Shown here piece by piece: positions 9,551-18,042 of a stretch of 61,782 nt of DNA. Numbering within the stretch: the first letter of the stretch is position 1; each line of letters opens with the position of its first letter. Source of the DNA: a virus (taxonomy: Duplodnaviria > Caudoviricetes); the IMG/VR virus record IMGVR_UViG_3300036785_000389, positions 1 to 61,782 of that record, one strand, 5' to 3'. The notes under the pieces were generated by a model, which did not search any database, was not told the DNA's origin, and saw only the letters and a program-made list of their open reading frames with translations. The translations under genes were made by a program, and so were the position numbers.

Positions 9551-10663
9551 CTACTTGTTAACGGTATTAATAACGATGTCGCCAGTCGTCCAGCCGCCGT
9601 TGGTGTTGTCGGTGTGGCCGTAAGCGCCACTGATGCAGTAGGCCAATCCATTTGACAGGAGAATGCCGACCGGACCGAGATTAGGACTCATCCCCGGCGA
9701 GGTCGCACTTGACATGAGATCGAACTCGAATACGAGATTGGTCGCTGACGTACAGGTAGGAGCACTTGCCGAATTGTAAATACGGACGTTAGCAATGTGT
9801 GTCCCGGTGTTCGTAGCGGTGACGCTGTATAGCGTCGTAGCCGCTGCGGTGATGAAGTTCGTCGCGACCGCTCCACCGGCAGGTGTAATAGTCGTTCCGC
9901 CTGCGCCACCAGTCGCGCCCGCCGCAGGAATAGTAGAGCCGATAATGGTCGAAGTTGGCGATGCGGCTGGGATCGGCCCCGCGATGCCGTTGGCGATGTT
10001 CTTGAGCAACGCAATCTCTGTGCCGTTGCCGGATACCCATGCGCTGTCGCCAATCGCGCCGAGGGCGACGATTGAGCCATCTGCCCACGAACCCGAGGCC
10101 GCTGCGCCCGAGGCGAACGCACCGGAGGCATAGGCCCCCGACGCCACGCCGCCAGAGGCGATTGTAACTGCACCGCCGCCGCCCGACCCGCCGCCGCCGC
10201 CCCAACCAGTCGGCAAGCCTGAGCCGCCAGAAGCGATGACGACGTTCGACGTGGAACCTGTCTGGTCGATACAGGCAAAGTGGTCGTAGGTTGTTGCGCT
10301 ATAAACAGTAGAAATAGCCAAGCCGCTAGATGCTGGTATTTGAAGTTTGTTTGTCGCGCCCGTCGCCGCGCCGGAAGCCAGCGTACAGCTAACCGTTGTC
10401 GTTCCAGAATTGAATAAAACAACAGAACCTGAATTAGTTGGTATCGCTGTTGATGCGCAGGCTGAATCTGTCGCGGTACAAGTGGCGTAAGATAAACTTG
10501 GAGCAAAACCGGCAATGGAGGCGCTGACCGAAGCGGAAACCGCCAGAGGGTTGGAGACGCTTACAAAATCCGTGCCGTTCCAGATTCTGACCGATTGCTG
10601 TGCGTTAACGGACGTTATGAGAAGCAAAAAAGCGGCTAAAACACTTGCAAATCTGGTCAACAT
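9551..10663 (-). CDS. Signal-peptide virion/adhesin-like protein, G/S/A-rich
   Basis: RBS GGGGAG; MLTRFASVLAAFLLLITSVNA signal; three Cys pairs; ASGA repeats; C-terminal jelly-roll-like segment. Confidence 0.7.
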   Translation of the reverse strand: MLTRFASVLAAFLLLITSVNAQQSVRIWNGTDFVSVSNPLAVSASVSASIAGFAPSLSYATCTATDSACASTAIPTNSGSVVLFNSGTTTVSCTLASGAATGATNKLQIPASSGLAISTVYSATTYDHFACIDQTGSTSNVVIASGGSGLPTGWGGGGGSGGGGAVTIASGGVASGAYASGAFASGAAASGSWADGSIVALGAIGDSAWVSGNGTEIALLKNIANGIAGPIPAASPTSTIIGSTIPAAGATGGAGGTTITPAGGAVATNFITAAATTLYSVTATNTGTHIANVRIYNSASAPTCTSATNLVFEFDLMSSATSPGMSPNLGPVGILLSNGLAYCISGAYGHTDNTNGGWTTGDIVINTVNK

Positions 10664-10731
10664 GGACGGCTCGCTCCCCTTTGAGATTAGGAAAGCTAAC
10701 ATAACACTTGACAAACGGAAAGCGGGGGTAA

Positions 10732-10842
10732 TCAGCCCGTCCTACGGCGCCATTCGGCCAAGGAAAACTCAAATATCTCCAGAGCCAAGATGGCAAACTC
10801 GCCAATGAGGATCAAGACAAGAAGGGTGTATTCGGACGGCAT
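10732..10842 (-). CDS. Small membrane peptide
   Basis: MPSEYTLLVLILIGEFAILALEIFEFSLAEWRRRTG; one hydrophobic helix. Confidence 0.4.
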   Translation of the reverse strand: MPSEYTLLVLILIGEFAILALEIFEFSLAEWRRRTG

Positions 10843-10880
10843 GACCGTAGGGTGTCTGGTAATTGTGACGCCCGCGTGTC

Positions 10881-11015
10881 TCAGGCAAAAACCATCAGGA
10901 AAATGGTGAGGGTGCCGATGGCGGACAGAAGGCAAAGGGCGACAAAAATCCTAGTCGGCACCAGAACCATGCCCGGCACGTAAGGGCGCATATAAATCAG
11001 TTGCGGGTCATCCAT
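10881..11015 (-). CDS. Small membrane peptide (44 aa)
   Basis: MDDPQLIYMRPYVPGMVLVPTRIFVALCLLSAIGTLTIFLMVFA. Confidence 0.4.
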   Translation of the reverse strand: MDDPQLIYMRPYVPGMVLVPTRIFVALCLLSAIGTLTIFLMVFA

Positions 11016-11049
11016 TGGGAACTTTTATCCCCTATCGTTGTTACCGGAC

Positions 11050-11250
11050 ATGATCGAAACCCTCGTCTCGCTTATCGTGTGGTTGGTGATCGTTGGCCTT
11101 ATTTATTGGGCTGTGACGACTATCCTCGGGGTGATGCCGATCGCGGAGCCGATTGCCACTGTGATCCGGGTTTTGTTGATCGTTGTACTGTGCCTCATCA
11201 TCATTTACGCGCTGCTGCCGTTAACGCATGTGCATGTCAGCCTGCATTGA
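11050..11250 (+). CDS. Small two-TM membrane protein (Thivi_2564-like)
   Basis: MIETLVSLIVWLVIVGLIYW...MPIAEPIATVIRVLLIVVLCL. Confidence 0.7.
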   Translation: MIETLVSLIVWLVIVGLIYWAVTTILGVMPIAEPIATVIRVLLIVVLCLIIIYALLPLTHVHVSLH

Positions 11251-11253
11251 GCG

Positions 11254-11892
11254 TCACGGCGCTAACGAACCTTGTTTAGGTTGATCGACGCTTGATAGTC
11301 TCCATGTAAAACGTCCCGGCAATGGGTCGCCCATGAAAAACCCAACTGTGGTCTGACCCTTCCGTAGGGCAGATCGATATTCTTCTAGGATGGACACGGA
11401 AGGCTCGAACGCTGCGTGTTCGACAAAGAGAAAACCCTCCTCACTGAAAATCTCGTAGAAAAACTCGCAAACCTCATCTCTGACCCCGCGCGGTCCGCGT
11501 TTCTCCGGTTCCTCTGGAATAAGAACTCCATCCTCGACCGCCCGGACCCGTTTTTCCTTCGGTGCCCGTGGCCCAGATAAAAGATTTAACCTCTTGGCCT
11601 CTCTCCGATCGCAAGACCGAATCACATCAACCGCCGCCTGGTCAGTACCAGCCGCCTTGATCGCCGCAGAAAGCCCTTGCAGTAAGGTAATCGCCGATCC
11701 GGTAACGGTCGCCTGTACAGCAACATCGGCCTGTAGCTTGGAAAGGTCCGCCATAGCATCATCCTCCTTTTGCAAAAGAAGCGCCAGCATCGATCTTAGC
11801 TCCCAGGCCCATTGCGGCGCTCCATCAAACGGGTCTTGAGAGTGGTGAAGGTGAAAACCGTGCAGCCGGAACCCGTGAATGTCAAAGACCAT
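11254..11892 (-). CDS. Probable deletion-fusion of two phage genes
   Basis: Common phage coiled-coil MADLSKLQADVAVQATVTGSAITLLQGL..AGTDQAA switches abruptly near 11625 to unrelated sequence. Confidence 0.5.
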   Translation of the reverse strand: MVFDIHGFRLHGFHLHHSQDPFDGAPQWAWELRSMLALLLQKEDDAMADLSKLQADVAVQATVTGSAITLLQGLSAAIKAAGTDQAAVDVIRSCDRREAKRLNLLSGPRAPKEKRVRAVEDGVLIPEEPEKRGPRGVRDEVCEFFYEIFSEEGFLFVEHAAFEPSVSILEEYRSALRKGQTTVGFFMGDPLPGRFTWRLSSVDQPKQGSLAP

Positions 11893-11930
11893 CTCAACCC
11901 CCCCTTCGCCGCACGCCGCTTGCGCATATA

Positions 11931-12446
11931 GACAACACGTCCATCCCAGTGCCATTCGAGTGCTTCTATGCAGCGGAGGTGGTCGACGCCGCCAGAGTAG
12001 AGCGCGCGATCCATGAGGCGTTCGATGATCATCGTGTCAGGAAAAGTCGAGAGTTTTTCAGGCTGTCCCCCGATAAGCCCAAAGCTATCATCGAGCTGCT
12101 CTGCCTCAAAAATGTGACGCCCGGAGATGAACTGTTCACAGAGGCCGATGACAAAGAAGCGCTTGGAGAGGCCAAGAAGCGCAGAGCCGCTTTTAACTTT
12201 TCGATTGTCGGCATTGCTCCTGGCACCGTCCTGCAATCCGTCTTCGACGACCAGATAACGTGTATCGTTAAAGGCGACCGTTCGGTCGACTTTCGAGGCC
12301 AAGAACACAGCCTGTCCAGCTCCGCCCTCGAAGTTGCCCATGAAAAAGGTTTTGGCTGGTCAGCAATCGCCGGCCCCCAATATTGGAAATATGAAGGCAA
12401 AACTCTTTCAGAGCTCAGAGAGGAAAAAGCGGGCGACGAAGATTAA
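11931..12446 (+). pseudogene. 5'-truncated T5orf172/GIY-YIG-family protein with RAMA-like C-terminus
   Basis: Starts mid-domain at DNTSIPVPFECFYAAEV..ERAIH..REFF; C-terminal SLSSSA..GPQYWKYEGKTL; N-terminal GIY-YIG/KIG part absent. Confidence 0.75.
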
Positions 12447-12489
12447 GATTTCGAAAGGCGTGGCTTGAGAAACGTTTGAACGGTATGCC

Positions 12490-13128
12490 ATGGCATCAGA
12501 TTTTATAATTGGACAGACATATAACCGCCGAAAAGACATTCACGCGCATTACAGTGGTCAGCGGCAAAGCGGAATTGTTACGCCAGCAAATTATCCGGCC
12601 GTCTTCATCTTCACGGGCCGTGGCACACGGCATGGGTACGCCGATGATTGGTCGGCCGATGGCACCTTCCGTTATTTCGGAGAGGGTCAAAAGGGCGATA
12701 TGACCCTTACGAAGGGAAACAAAGCGATTGCCAATCACGCAGCCGATGGCAAAGACTTGTTGCTCTTTGAGATGCTCGGTGGTGGCAATATTCGATTTCG
12801 GGGACCATTTAATTGTGCCGGGTATTCATTTGAGAACGGCAAGGACCAGCACGGCAACATCCGCAAGGCTATCGTTTTTCACCTAGTGCCCATTGCCACC
12901 GAGGGCGCTGAATTAGATCTCCCGCCGCTCCTTGGTTCTGGCATCAGCCTGGAGGAACAGCGCAAGAGAGCCCTTGCTGCCGCAGGCCCTGCCCGCGAGA
13001 GTGAGCGTGAGGGTTCAAACCGAACCTATCGCCTGCGCAGTCAGACAATCCGGCAGTATGTGCTGGCGCGCGCAAAGGGCGTTTGCGAAAGTTGTGATCC
13101 CGAACAAATCCCGCTCCGACATTTATGA
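12490..13128 (+). pseudogene. ScoMcrA-like SRA-HNH modification-dependent restriction protein, truncated before the HNH core
   Basis: YNRRKDIH..GQRQSGI..GYADDW..YFGEGQKGDM..GNKAI; stops 10 aa after VLARAKGVCESC with no HNH motif. Confidence 0.8.
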
Positions 13129-13430
13129 TCATTTGTTTGGCAAGTTTCTGCGCCTTTTCCTCTCGCCAATCGATCTTCCGGTCAAATTCATCGTCGTCTC
13201 GTTTTGATGGTTGCTTGTAAGCCCACCAAGCGCTCCGCCATGAGTTACCTTCGACCGCTTTTGGACACTCTCGCAGGACCTTTGCCATTGTATTGATTGT
13301 TCGCAATGAGACGGTGGTTAGGTCTTTTATGTGCTCATATGTTTTCGTTCCTTTCTTTACCAATCGAAATGCAGCATCAAATTTCTCAGCCCTAGTCATT
13401 CGCAACTTGTCTTTAACATTCACCCGCAGC
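13098..13430 (-). pseudogene. Internal fragment of a probable rhizobial ParB-like protein
   Basis: NVKDKLRMTRAEKFDAAFRLV followed by HTH-like VSLRTINTM; both ends cut. Confidence 0.4.
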
Positions 13431-13721
13431 CTTGACGCCTTCCGTCTTGAGGTGGAACGAATTACGCGGCCTAAAATAAAGCCTCACATAGTTATGTGCA
13501 TCTGGATTGTTCCAAACAGCACCTTGATTAGCCACATCACAGATCAAATTGCCAACATTGCTTCTGCATTTAATTTCGCCCGATTTTACGATCTCGACGG
13601 CGACCTCAAGTTGGCAGGTATGAAATAGGTGCACCGGCCAATTAGCTCTAACCGGGAATGGCGCCAATTTAGACGACCATTCCTTCGAGTGGCGCGCCGC
13701 ACGTTTTACAGTGATAGACAT
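13413..13721 (-). pseudogene. darT: N-terminal fragment of DarT (DUF4433) DNA ADP-ribosyltransferase toxin
   Basis: LFHTCQLEVAVEIVKSGEIKCR..DVAN..AHNYVRLYFRPRNSFHLKTEG; only 102 aa, C-terminal catalytic Glu region missing. Confidence 0.75.
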
Positions 13722-14209
13722 TCCTGGTGGTATTCCGAAGCTTGCGCGTTCTTGCTCAGTAATTCGTCGCCTACATGCAGACTGTGAATGTAGATTGGAA
13801 TACTGATTTTGCCCAAATAGCGCTCGATAATTGGCTTGACGTCGGTCCAATTCAGATTGCCGTTTCCGCAGCCCAAGGGCGGGAACGATGCCGAGACAAT
13901 TCCCATTTTTTCGTAATTTTGTACGAACGTCTCAAGGCCCTTTTCAATGTATTCAAGCTTCGACGGCAATTGCCACGTAGTCTTAGTCGGAAAGTTCAAC
14001 ACCCAACGACCGTCGCCCTTCCAAAGGTGCAGGTCGCCGATCTTAAACTCTCCACGGTCGCAAAGCTTACGGTACTCTGCGAACATCGCGGGGTAGCGAT
14101 CTCGAAAAGTTTTAGCAATACCCTTGCCCATAACTCCCACGGTGTTCACCGTATTCACCAGGGTTTGGGCCGGAGAATCAAATAGGCTGGCGTAAATATA
14201 GGTTAGCAT
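13706..14209 (-). CDS. darG: DarG-like macrodomain (ADP-ribosyl glycohydrolase); domain intact, C-terminal region replaced
   Basis: QTLVNTVNTVGVMGKGIA, LNFPTKTTW..SKLEYI, FPPLGCGNGNLNW; upstream intergenic DNA retained. Confidence 0.85.
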   Translation of the reverse strand: MLTYIYASLFDSPAQTLVNTVNTVGVMGKGIAKTFRDRYPAMFAEYRKLCDRGEFKIGDLHLWKGDGRWVLNFPTKTTWQLPSKLEYIEKGLETFVQNYEKMGIVSASFPPLGCGNGNLNWTDVKPIIERYLGKISIPIYIHSLHVGDELLSKNAQASEYHQECLSL

Positions 14210-14443
14210 GCGTTCTCTGTTCGTTCGAGCCACCGTACCATACGCTGATTCGTTGTGTCGAGTTTCTACGGTTGGAGCGTGCCTCAATCCACAGAACAAC
14301 TGGCCGACTATAGCCGCAGTTCGGTCCGCTTTCAGCTTCGCGAGGTTGATTTATGGTTTGCAGAGAGCCCTATTTCCCTCGACCCCAATAGATTCTGATC
14401 AACAAATGGAGGCGAAGCAACATTGTCTTCTTCATCTTGATGG

Positions 14444-14650
14444 TTAATCACGCATGTAAGACCGGCGTGTATCAATATCGTTGTAGGTCGTAGCCTCTCG
14501 ATTTGACGCGATCACAGCCTCCCCGGTCTTTGGACGCGCCCCCCGGGCGGACACTCGCGGCATCACACCTGAAACCTTCGGGCACGGCCTCCCCACCCCA
14601 ACCCTAAAAGGGTGGTTCTGACCACACTCCAAACAAGAATACCAATCCAT
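14444..14650 (-). pseudogene. 5' half of a phage Zn-finger/basic protein gene split by the insertion
   Basis: CLEC..H..C, then DTRRSYMRD; continues at 11928 as YMRKRRAAK. Confidence 0.7.
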
Positions 14651-15078
14651 AAAGTTAATCTGACACCGTTAGTTTAACGAAGGCAAGGCGACTACATAAA
14701 CCATTTTCATTTTCCGGGGGAAAGGGTGAGGTGCCCTCTAATCATCCTCGCGCCGACCCATTTACTTGCAAAAAACACCGCCGCAACCGGAAATACCCAC
14801 GAAATTTCAAACCCTCTATTAAGCTTCTGACGCCCTCCCCGGCGCTGAATATCGAGTTCGATCGGCACCTCATTTTCTGCCGGCAGAAAACTCCTGAATA
14901 AATATCTCCAATTTCTCAATTATTTCAATACCACAACATATCGAGACGTACACACTTACAAGACCGTCACTTACCAAGCGCAAGGCTTTGAGCCATGGGC
15001 GCATCCTGACCTGGCCGGCGATCAATCACGGTGCGATTTTGCTGGCGCCGAGCTGCCGGATCGCGCTATGTGAGGCGC

Positions 15079-15432
15079 ATGGGCGTTCAGCAAGCCGAGC
15101 CGGTCGCGCGCGTAATTAGCCGTCGGAAACACCCCCGCGCAGTTCCCAAACACCACGCACCCTTAAAACGGATGCACCGGGAAACTGGAGTTGATTTGTT
15201 AGCTGAGGCTATCTGGCCTTGGCATTGGGCAGCGTATCCAGGGCTACTTAAGGGGTTGTGGGGGTTGTTTGGGCCGAGGGCGGCTAAGGTCACTATCAGA
15301 GATTGGCGAAGGGGCCGTAGGGGCGCCCCTGTATGGGCCTTAGACCTTCTAATAGCCGAGGCGAGGAAGCGGGTCGCTGTACTATCGGCCGCAATTGAAC
15401 GAGCCGAAAAAGAAAAAACCACGCGGAAATAA
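15079..15432 (+). CDS. Hypothetical HTH-like basic protein
   Basis: TIRDWRRGRRGAPVWAL. Confidence 0.5.
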   Translation: MGVQQAEPVARVISRRKHPRAVPKHHAPLKRMHRETGVDLLAEAIWPWHWAAYPGLLKGLWGLFGPRAAKVTIRDWRRGRRGAPVWALDLLIAEARKRVAVLSAAIERAEKEKTTRK

Positions 15433-15570
15433 TAGCGTATTTGCCTATTTAGATCAATCCCCACATGCGTCTTTAAGACGTAACAATTCGTGATTAGACA
15501 TATACGACATTAAGGCTCATTGGTTCATTCATGCCCGATTGGCGTTGGGCAATAACCGAGAGGACTTTCC

Positions 15571-15855
15571 ATGAAACGCGACCTTTATCAGTCGGTAACA
15601 GATTCCATCCTAGCTAAGATGGAAACCGGAGTTATGCCATGGCAACGCGATTGGAGTTCGACCGGCCCTAGCGTTCCCATGAACGCGATTAGCGAGCGCC
15701 CCTATTCCGGTATCAACGTATTGCTCTTTTGGGCGAGTGCCGATGCCGGATATGCAAAACCGCGATATGTGACGTTCAAACAAGCCAAAGAGGCCGGCGG
15801 TACCGTATACCTACGCGGCTTGGCGATTGCCGAGCCGCAAGCGATTGCAGCGTGA
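15571..15855 (+). CDS. ardC: ArdC-like N-terminal ssDNA-binding domain (truncated antirestriction protein)
   Basis: DLYQSVTDSIL..GVMPW..W..N..RPYSGINVLL..YVTFKQA..AGG; no zincin domain; RBS GAGAGG. Confidence 0.8.
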   Translation: MKRDLYQSVTDSILAKMETGVMPWQRDWSSTGPSVPMNAISERPYSGINVLLFWASADAGYAKPRYVTFKQAKEAGGTVYLRGLAIAEPQAIAA

Positions 15856-15860
15856 TCGCC

Positions 15861-16115
15861 ATGAATCGCAACGCAATCGACTTTAGCGAGCGCATGGAAC
15901 AAGGCAACGCTAATGCGCTCGACTACCGGAATCAAGGGCGCGGCGGCACCGTGCGCGTGTTCAAAACCACCGCAGAAATGTACCGCAATCAAACTTTCGA
16001 TTGTTGGGATGTGCTGCGCGCCGAGGTCAAGGCCACATGCAAGCTCGTATTGGCCGAGATCGACGGCTCTAGGCTCAATAAAATCCTAGGAGATGACGAT
16101 GGTCTATCATTCTGA
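15861..16115 (+). CDS. Hypothetical protein
   Basis: ORF in the early cluster. Confidence 0.45.
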   Translation: MNRNAIDFSERMEQGNANALDYRNQGRGGTVRVFKTTAEMYRNQTFDCWDVLRAEVKATCKLVLAEIDGSRLNKILGDDDGLSF

Positions 16116-16281
16116 TTTGCCCGGCACCGCGCCCGATCCTGTGGGACTCGCGCGGCAATTGGCTGCAAAGCCGCTATTGTCACCAAAGCCACAACAACCT
16201 TGCGACATTGGCTTGTTTTCCGATGACGCAAACCAGCTTGATCTTATCGAAATGCTGATGGAACCAGTCGAGGACCATTAA
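16093..16281 (+). CDS. Hypothetical phage protein
   Basis: RBS AGGAG; KPQQPCDIGLFSDDANQLDL. Confidence 0.65.
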   Translation: MTMVYHSDLPGTAPDPVGLARQLAAKPLLSPKPQQPCDIGLFSDDANQLDLIEMLMEPVEDH

Positions 16282-16385
16282 TAAACGCGGCCGACGAGAT
16301 TGGCGTCCCGCCGGCCGCTTGTTACCGTTTGGCTCAAAGGCCCGAGAGGACGCCCGAGCGCCACGATAACTAAAGGGTTTATACC

Positions 16386-16577
16386 ATGACCACAAAGAAA
16401 TACCTATCCGCCATCCACAAATTAGGTCTTACGCCATCGGGATCGGCCACCGCCGAGGCGCTAGGTTTGTCGCTTCGCCAGATACAGCGCATCGCTGCCG
16501 GGACCGCGCCAGTGCCGGAACCTGTGGCTTTGCTGCTGACCGCCTACTTGCGATTTGGCCTTCCGCCTTGGCGTTAA
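16386..16577 (+). CDS. Small HTH DNA-binding protein
   Basis: TAEALGLSLRQIQRIAAG..PVPEPVALLL. Confidence 0.8.
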   Translation: MTTKKYLSAIHKLGLTPSGSATAEALGLSLRQIQRIAAGTAPVPEPVALLLTAYLRFGLPPWR

Positions 16578-16616
16578 TTCGGTAGAGTAGTTTTCCACAG
16601 GAATCGGGAGAGTTTC

Positions 16617-16988
16617 ATGTATCACGAGGGCGTAACCAACCGGCTTTCCAATGCGCAGCGAAGGTTCCTAATTAAGATGATAGATGGGCCGCATCTCTTT
16701 GTAAACGATGTGGAAACAGGATTATTCAATACGAGACTTTCGCTCTTTCGTGCCCATTTGATCCGCATGTGCGGTCCTGACATGGGAACCATAATTTGTT
16801 CTGGCGCCAAACATTTCTGCCTTACCGACGACGGCCGCCAAGTCGTTTGCTTCGTCTTAGCCGAATATGCTGAGGCTTTGGTTCAAGCAGAATTAGACGG
16901 ATTCCCTTCTGTTAACGAAATCTTAGCACGTCTTTCGTATCGTTCACATGAACGAGGAAAGACCCATGAAACAAAAGAACCAGTTTGA
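16617..16988 (+). CDS. Winged-helix-like hypothetical protein
   Basis: LSNAQRRFL ... FCLTDDGR; RBS GGGAG. Confidence 0.55.
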   Translation: MYHEGVTNRLSNAQRRFLIKMIDGPHLFVNDVETGLFNTRLSLFRAHLIRMCGPDMGTIICSGAKHFCLTDDGRQVVCFVLAEYAEALVQAELDGFPSVNEILARLSYRSHERGKTHETKEPV

Positions 16989-17367
16989 TATTCTCCCTTG
17001 CGGCTGCCGATTATGCGGATGCTCGTGTCCCGACCACTCCCCAACTCGCCAAGAGTGCGCCTGCCCCTCGCATATCGTCCGATTCTTAGCCGAGGAAGCC
17101 GCCGCCCTTGTGTCCCTGGCGCTGTTCACCGGCATGATAGCGGTTTGGGCGGCTATCTTTTCCTCCTAGATCGCCGGGCGTCCGCTCAACATAACCGGCC
17201 GCTCTTGCTGGCGTCGCATCCTGGCGAGTAGCTTTCCGTCTCTCATTTCAGCGTCGCCAAAAATCAGGACTCCAAATCGTGGAGAGTGGGCCGTAAGAGG
17301 ATAATGGACGCACCACGGAGCGTGGCCGTCGTTATCAACCCCGCACCAATTGCAGCGCAGAATCGGG

Positions 17368-18042
17368 TTACGAAGCATCATGTTTTTGCCCCTTAAGCGT
17401 TTCCAGTAACGACGGAGAGACGCCGCGCCCCGGATCAATGCCGGCGGCAGCACATTCGCGACTTAATATAGTCTCTGAGGCGCGCAAGTGTGTCTCTCGC
17501 ATGATGCTTTTCGCCTCATCCGCAGCATCTTTTCCCCGCCTATCCCTCGCCAGCCAACCACCCTTTCCGTCGCCGTATTTGTCCTTTAACTCATCATAGG
17601 TCGGTCGGTTTGCTTTGTCCGCTTGCTCTAGCTCGAATAGCTCTCGTTCGGTGAATTGCTGCCGAATACGTTCATCCCGCAACCTATCGTGCTCGACCTT
17701 TTCCGCCTCATTGTCGCAGAACTCTTTAACCTCTGCTGGCGTCGGTAAAAACTTCATTGTCGAGGCTAACCCCGTGCGCGGGTCGGTCGCTAAAATAACA
17801 ATCCATTGGGGATAAATCGACAGAACCGCCGCGACCGCCGCGCAATACATCTCAGGATCGTGGGCCTCATCCTTTCGGTAACAAGCGAACAGGATTCGCG
17901 TTCTCTCTAGGAAAAAGTCCGGGTCTGGTTGGCATTGCGCCGAAACTGAACTCTCCAACTCTTGCTTTTTCGGCAAGACGCCCAGCGGCGCGACTAATGC
18001 TGAGGTCATTGTCTTGAAGTGGTCGCGGTCCTCTCGATCCAT
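17368..18042 (-). CDS. Putative helicase loader/inhibitor-like replication protein (start uncertain)
   Basis: DPEMYCAAVAAVL..DPRTGL..KFLPTPAEV; follows an initiator-like gene. Confidence 0.55.
   Translation of the reverse strand: MDREDRDHFKTMTSALVAPLGVLPKKQELESSVSAQCQPDPDFFLERTRILFACYRKDEAHDPEMYCAAVAAVLSIYPQWIVILATDPRTGLASTMKFLPTPAEVKEFCDNEAEKVEHDRLRDERIRQQFTERELFELEQADKANRPTYDELKDKYGDGKGGWLARDRRGKDAADEAKSIMRETHLRASETILSRECAAAGIDPGRGVSPSLLETLKGQKHDAS

Larger units (their letters stand above)
11931..14444. mobile_element. TA-flanked insertion made of bacterial defence-gene fragments
   Basis: TA at 11929-11930 and 14445-14446; removing the insert restores ...RRSYMRD-YMRKRRAAK in frame. Confidence 0.75.

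Noticed and set aside
13413-14209. Functional DarTG toxin-antitoxin system
   Set aside because: darT stops at 102 aa, before the catalytic C-terminal half
11931-14444. IS630/Tc1-type transposon (TA duplication)
   Set aside because: No terminal inverted repeats or transposase, and the left end is mid-gene; the TA may be microhomology rather than a true target duplication
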